Below, in pieces: positions 52,906 to 55,890 of a stretch of 55,890 nt of DNA; the first letter of the stretch is position 1; each line of letters starts with the position of its first letter. The notes beneath the pieces are model-generated. The model had not been told where the DNA came from. It searched no databases and saw only the letters and a list, made by a program, of their open reading frames with translations. Origin of the DNA: Octopus bimaculoides (lineage: Eukaryota); NCBI RefSeq assembly GCF_001194135.2, contig NC_069001.1, positions 32,098,319-32,154,208 on the forward strand, given 5' to 3'. The position numbers were made by a program, and so were the translations under genes.

Positions 52906-53532
52906 GTGTGCAACAATTTATTCACCCCACCCAGTATATGATGGTCTTCAGTACAGTTTCTATTTAACAAATTCATGCTCAATCTGGAGCTACAGTAGAA
53001 GGCACTTGCCCATGTTGGGATTGAACCTGAAACCATGTAATTGCAAAGCAATCTTCTTAACCTATCAGAAGGATGCTCCCCTCCATACATACATAGCTAT
53101 CCAGTTGAAATCTAGTTCTGTAATGATGTGACTATTTTCAGCTAGACTGAACCAAAATATGCAGAAGAATATATTTTTCCCCCCACAAGGATAGAACATA
53201 ATAGGTTTGCAGTGTGGTGTTTTAACTAGTAAACAACCTTGTAATTACTGAGTAGTCAAACCACTGTGTACTTAATTAACACCAGCCTCTATGCTTCGTT
53301 ACAGTTGTAGTTGCTGATTAAAAGATTAAAATTAATGATGTTGATTGCCACAGCTACCACCACGACCAAAACTGCTGCTCAATATCCAATATAACTTTTG
53401 GAAAATTAATATAAATTTTGTGTGCGTACATGCGTGTATGCGTATGTGTGCACGTGCAAAGTGTTTCCTTTTATAAATTATATACATATGTGCATATATG
53501 CTTCTGCTTCCAATTTCAAGGAGAAAATTAAA

Positions 53533-53865
53533 ATCAGTCATTAAACTGTGGCCATGCTGGAGCACTCCATGGAGAACTTTGGTCAAAGAAATTGACGCTA
53601 GTACTGTTTTTTATTTTTTTTTCAAGCCTGGTACTTATTCTATCCACCCCTTTAGCCGAACAAGTGACAAGGATGTAAACACACCAACACCAGTTGTCAA
53701 GCAGGGGAGTGGGGCTGAGAGAGAACAAACAAACACATACACACCCACACACACACAATGGGCTTCTTTCCGTTTCTATCGACCAAATCTACTCACAAGG
53801 CTTTGGTCAGCCCAAGGCTATAGTAGAAGACATTTGCTCAAGGTGCCATGCAGTGGGACTGAACC
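53533..53865 (-). mobile_element. SINE family A, head truncated at the B box
   Basis: Reverse-complement homologue of 37839-38240, ending at gggactgaacc. Confidence 0.85.
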
Positions 53866-54115
53866 CTGGCTGACTAAAACCTTGTGACAGGATTTGGTAG
53901 ACAGGAACTGTATATATCTGTGTGTGTTTGTCTTTGTGTTATGTCTCCCACCACTGCTTGACAACCAGTGTTGCTTTGTTCACATCCCTATAACATAGCA
54001 GTTTCAACAAAAGAAACCACAACAAAAGTAACCAAGCTTAAAGAAAATAGTGCTGACTAAACCCGTTCAAGGCAGTGCTCCAGCATGGCTGCAATTCAAT
54101 GACTGAAACAAGATA
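53866..54115 (+). mobile_element. SINE family A, headless, fused to the preceding inverted copy
   Basis: ctggctgactaaaaccttgtgacaggatttggtagac..gcagtgctccagcatggctgcaattcaatgactgaaacaag. Confidence 0.8.
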
Positions 54116-54605
54116 AATACACACACACACACACACATATATATATGTGTGTGTGTTTCTATGTGGCCTGCTTGTTTGTTGCACCTTGTTTACCATTTTG
54201 TCCTTGTTCTTTTGCCACGTCATGTACCCAGTTATGTATCTATATGTACATGTAGATGAACGTATATACATACATGTACATATATATGCATATACTCATA
54301 TATTGTCTATATATATATATATATAATTATGTGTATGCAATTATAACATGCGTTTTCTCCAATCCTTAAATTCTTATATATATNNNNNNNNNNNNNNNNN
54401 NNNNNNNNNNNNNNNNNNNNNNNNNNNNNNNNNNNNNNNNNNNNNNNNNNNNNNNNNNNNNNNNNNNNNNNNNNNNNNNNNNNNNNNNNNNNNNNNNNNN
54501 NNNNNNNNNNNNNNNNNNNNNNNNNNNNNNNNNNNNNNNNNNNNNNNNNNNNNNNNNNNNNNNNNNNNNNNNNNNNNNNNNNNNNNNNNNNNNNNNNNNN
54601 NNNNN

Positions 54606-54661
<56 letters not shown>

Positions 54662-55140
54662 ATGCAATGAGTCATAGTCTCAAGCTAACAATGCAGTCTT
54701 GTTCCTAATCCATAGAGTTAAATAAAAAGAAATATCCTGAAGTCAAGCAACATTCCAAGAAGCTAACAATATAGCAGCAGCAGCATCGACAGCAGCAACG
54801 CCATCATCACCAGCAGCAGCAGCAGCAGTAGATTCAACATCTCTAACAGCTAAACAGAAACAAGGTAACACACACACACACACACACACATTCTTTTAGT
54901 GAAATTATGTTAATCGAGGTAGCTACTGCTGCTTTTAATTATTCTTTGTTTTTTGGGAGGTTTTTTTGTCCCTATTTTGTTATTTTGATTTTTGGTAAGT
55001 TAATGATGCTTTGTTGTTTGTTTGTCCTGAAAAATATTTATATATATTTATTTATTCAGTTCATGCCTGACCTTTATCTGAACTCAAATCAGAAAGCAAC
55101 AACAACAACAAAAAAAAAATTGTTTCTATCAACATCAAAG

Positions 55141-55300
55141 GAATGGCTGGGTGAGTAAGAAGCTTGCTTCCCAACCATGTGGTTTAGGATTCAGTCCCAT
55201 GGCACCTTGGGCAAGAGTCTTCTATTACAGCTCTAGGGGTCAACCAATGCCTTGTGGATGAATTTGGTAGGTGGAAACTGAGAGAAGCCAGTTATGTGTG
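55141..55300 (+). mobile_element. SINE family A, 5' half
   Basis: gtaagaagcttgcttcccaaccatgtgg..ttcagtccc..ggcaccttgggcaag..ggaaactgagagaagcc. Further degenerate family A pieces occur near 19000, 25995, 26255, 28370, 48990 and 52940. Confidence 0.8.
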
Positions 55301-55473
55301 CGTGCACGTGCATGTGTGTATGCGTGTGACTGGTCCTGTATTTTATCAATACAGAATGATTGACCCCAGTGGAATTTGTACTCAGAATGTAAAGAGCCAT
55401 ATAGAATATTGCAGAACATTTTTTTCTGATGTTCCAATGTTTATGCCTGATTTCCACCTTAAAAACCAACATT

Positions 55474-55790
55474 ATCATCATCATTTAACATCTGCTTTCC
55501 ATGCTGGCATGGGTTAGACAGTTTGACTGGAACTGGTAAGCCAGAGAGCCATACCAGATTCCAGTCTGATTTGACATGGTTTCTATGGCTGGATGCCCTT
55601 CCTAACACCAGCCACTCCAAGAGTGACATGGGTGCCATTTACATGGCACCGGTAACAGCCACGACTACAATTACAGAAGTACTATCTTCCTGACACTGGC
55701 AATGGTCACAATTACAGTTTTTAATTGGCTTAATGAGTCTTCTCAAACACTGCATATTGCCAAGGTCTCGGTCACTTGTCATCGCCAAGG
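55474..55790 (-). mobile_element. Family D / RTE 3' end including the last ORF2 codons
   Basis: (CAT)n tail and family D body in reverse. The reverse complement of 55720-55783 gives MTSDRDL(W)QYAVFEKTH* with one frameshift. Confidence 0.8.
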
Positions 55791-55890
55791 TCTCGGTCAC
55801 TTGTCATCGCCAAGGTCTCGGTCACTTGTCATCGCCAAGGTCTCGGTCACTTGTCATCGCCAAGGTCTCGGTCACTTGTCATCGCCAAGG
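55759..55890. repeat. Perfect 25-bp tandem repeat, 5 units plus a partial, running off the window
   Basis: GCCAAGGTCTCGGTCACTTGTCATC at 55759, 55784, 55809, 55834 and 55859. Confidence 0.97.

Noticed and set aside
54772-54828. (CAG)n tract as a polyQ exon
   Set aside because: There is no open frame with splice sites around it, and it lies in a ZDHHC intron on the opposite strand.
55759-55890. 25-bp repeat as a CRISPR array
   Set aside because: The units are contiguous with no spacers, the context is eukaryotic, and the unit derives from the adjacent LINE. The same applies to the 20-bp array at 2411-2691.

Overview
AT-rich, microsatellite-dense eukaryotic genomic scaffold with 14 N-gaps. The SINE, MITE and microsatellite content looks like an octopus (coleoid cephalopod) genome; this is an inference. 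The one well-supported gene is a minus-strand DHHC palmitoyltransferase of the ZDHHC9/14/18 clade. Five short exons (52224-52361, 46219-46267, 31754-31856, 29137-29246, 26838-26976) splice in frame to about 179 aa with intact DHHC, TTxE and C-terminal PaCCT-like motifs. Its 5' exons probably lie beyond the window end, and its last exon(s) cannot be assigned. None of these exons appears in the supplied ORF track, whose entries are essentially all spurious. The most notable feature is a 14,362-nt U12-type (minor spliceosome) AT-AC intron with a consensus ATATCCTTTT donor, a TCCTTGAC branch site and an AC acceptor. The rest is intronic or intergenic repeat: several tRNA-headed SINE families, RTE LINE relics, mariner and DD37D/maT relics, TTAA-flanked MITEs, several long fold-back elements, a Penelope-like tail with a degenerate hammerhead-like motif, and minisatellites. 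No CRISPR, rRNA or true tRNA genes were seen. Repeat boundaries were read by eye and are approximate.
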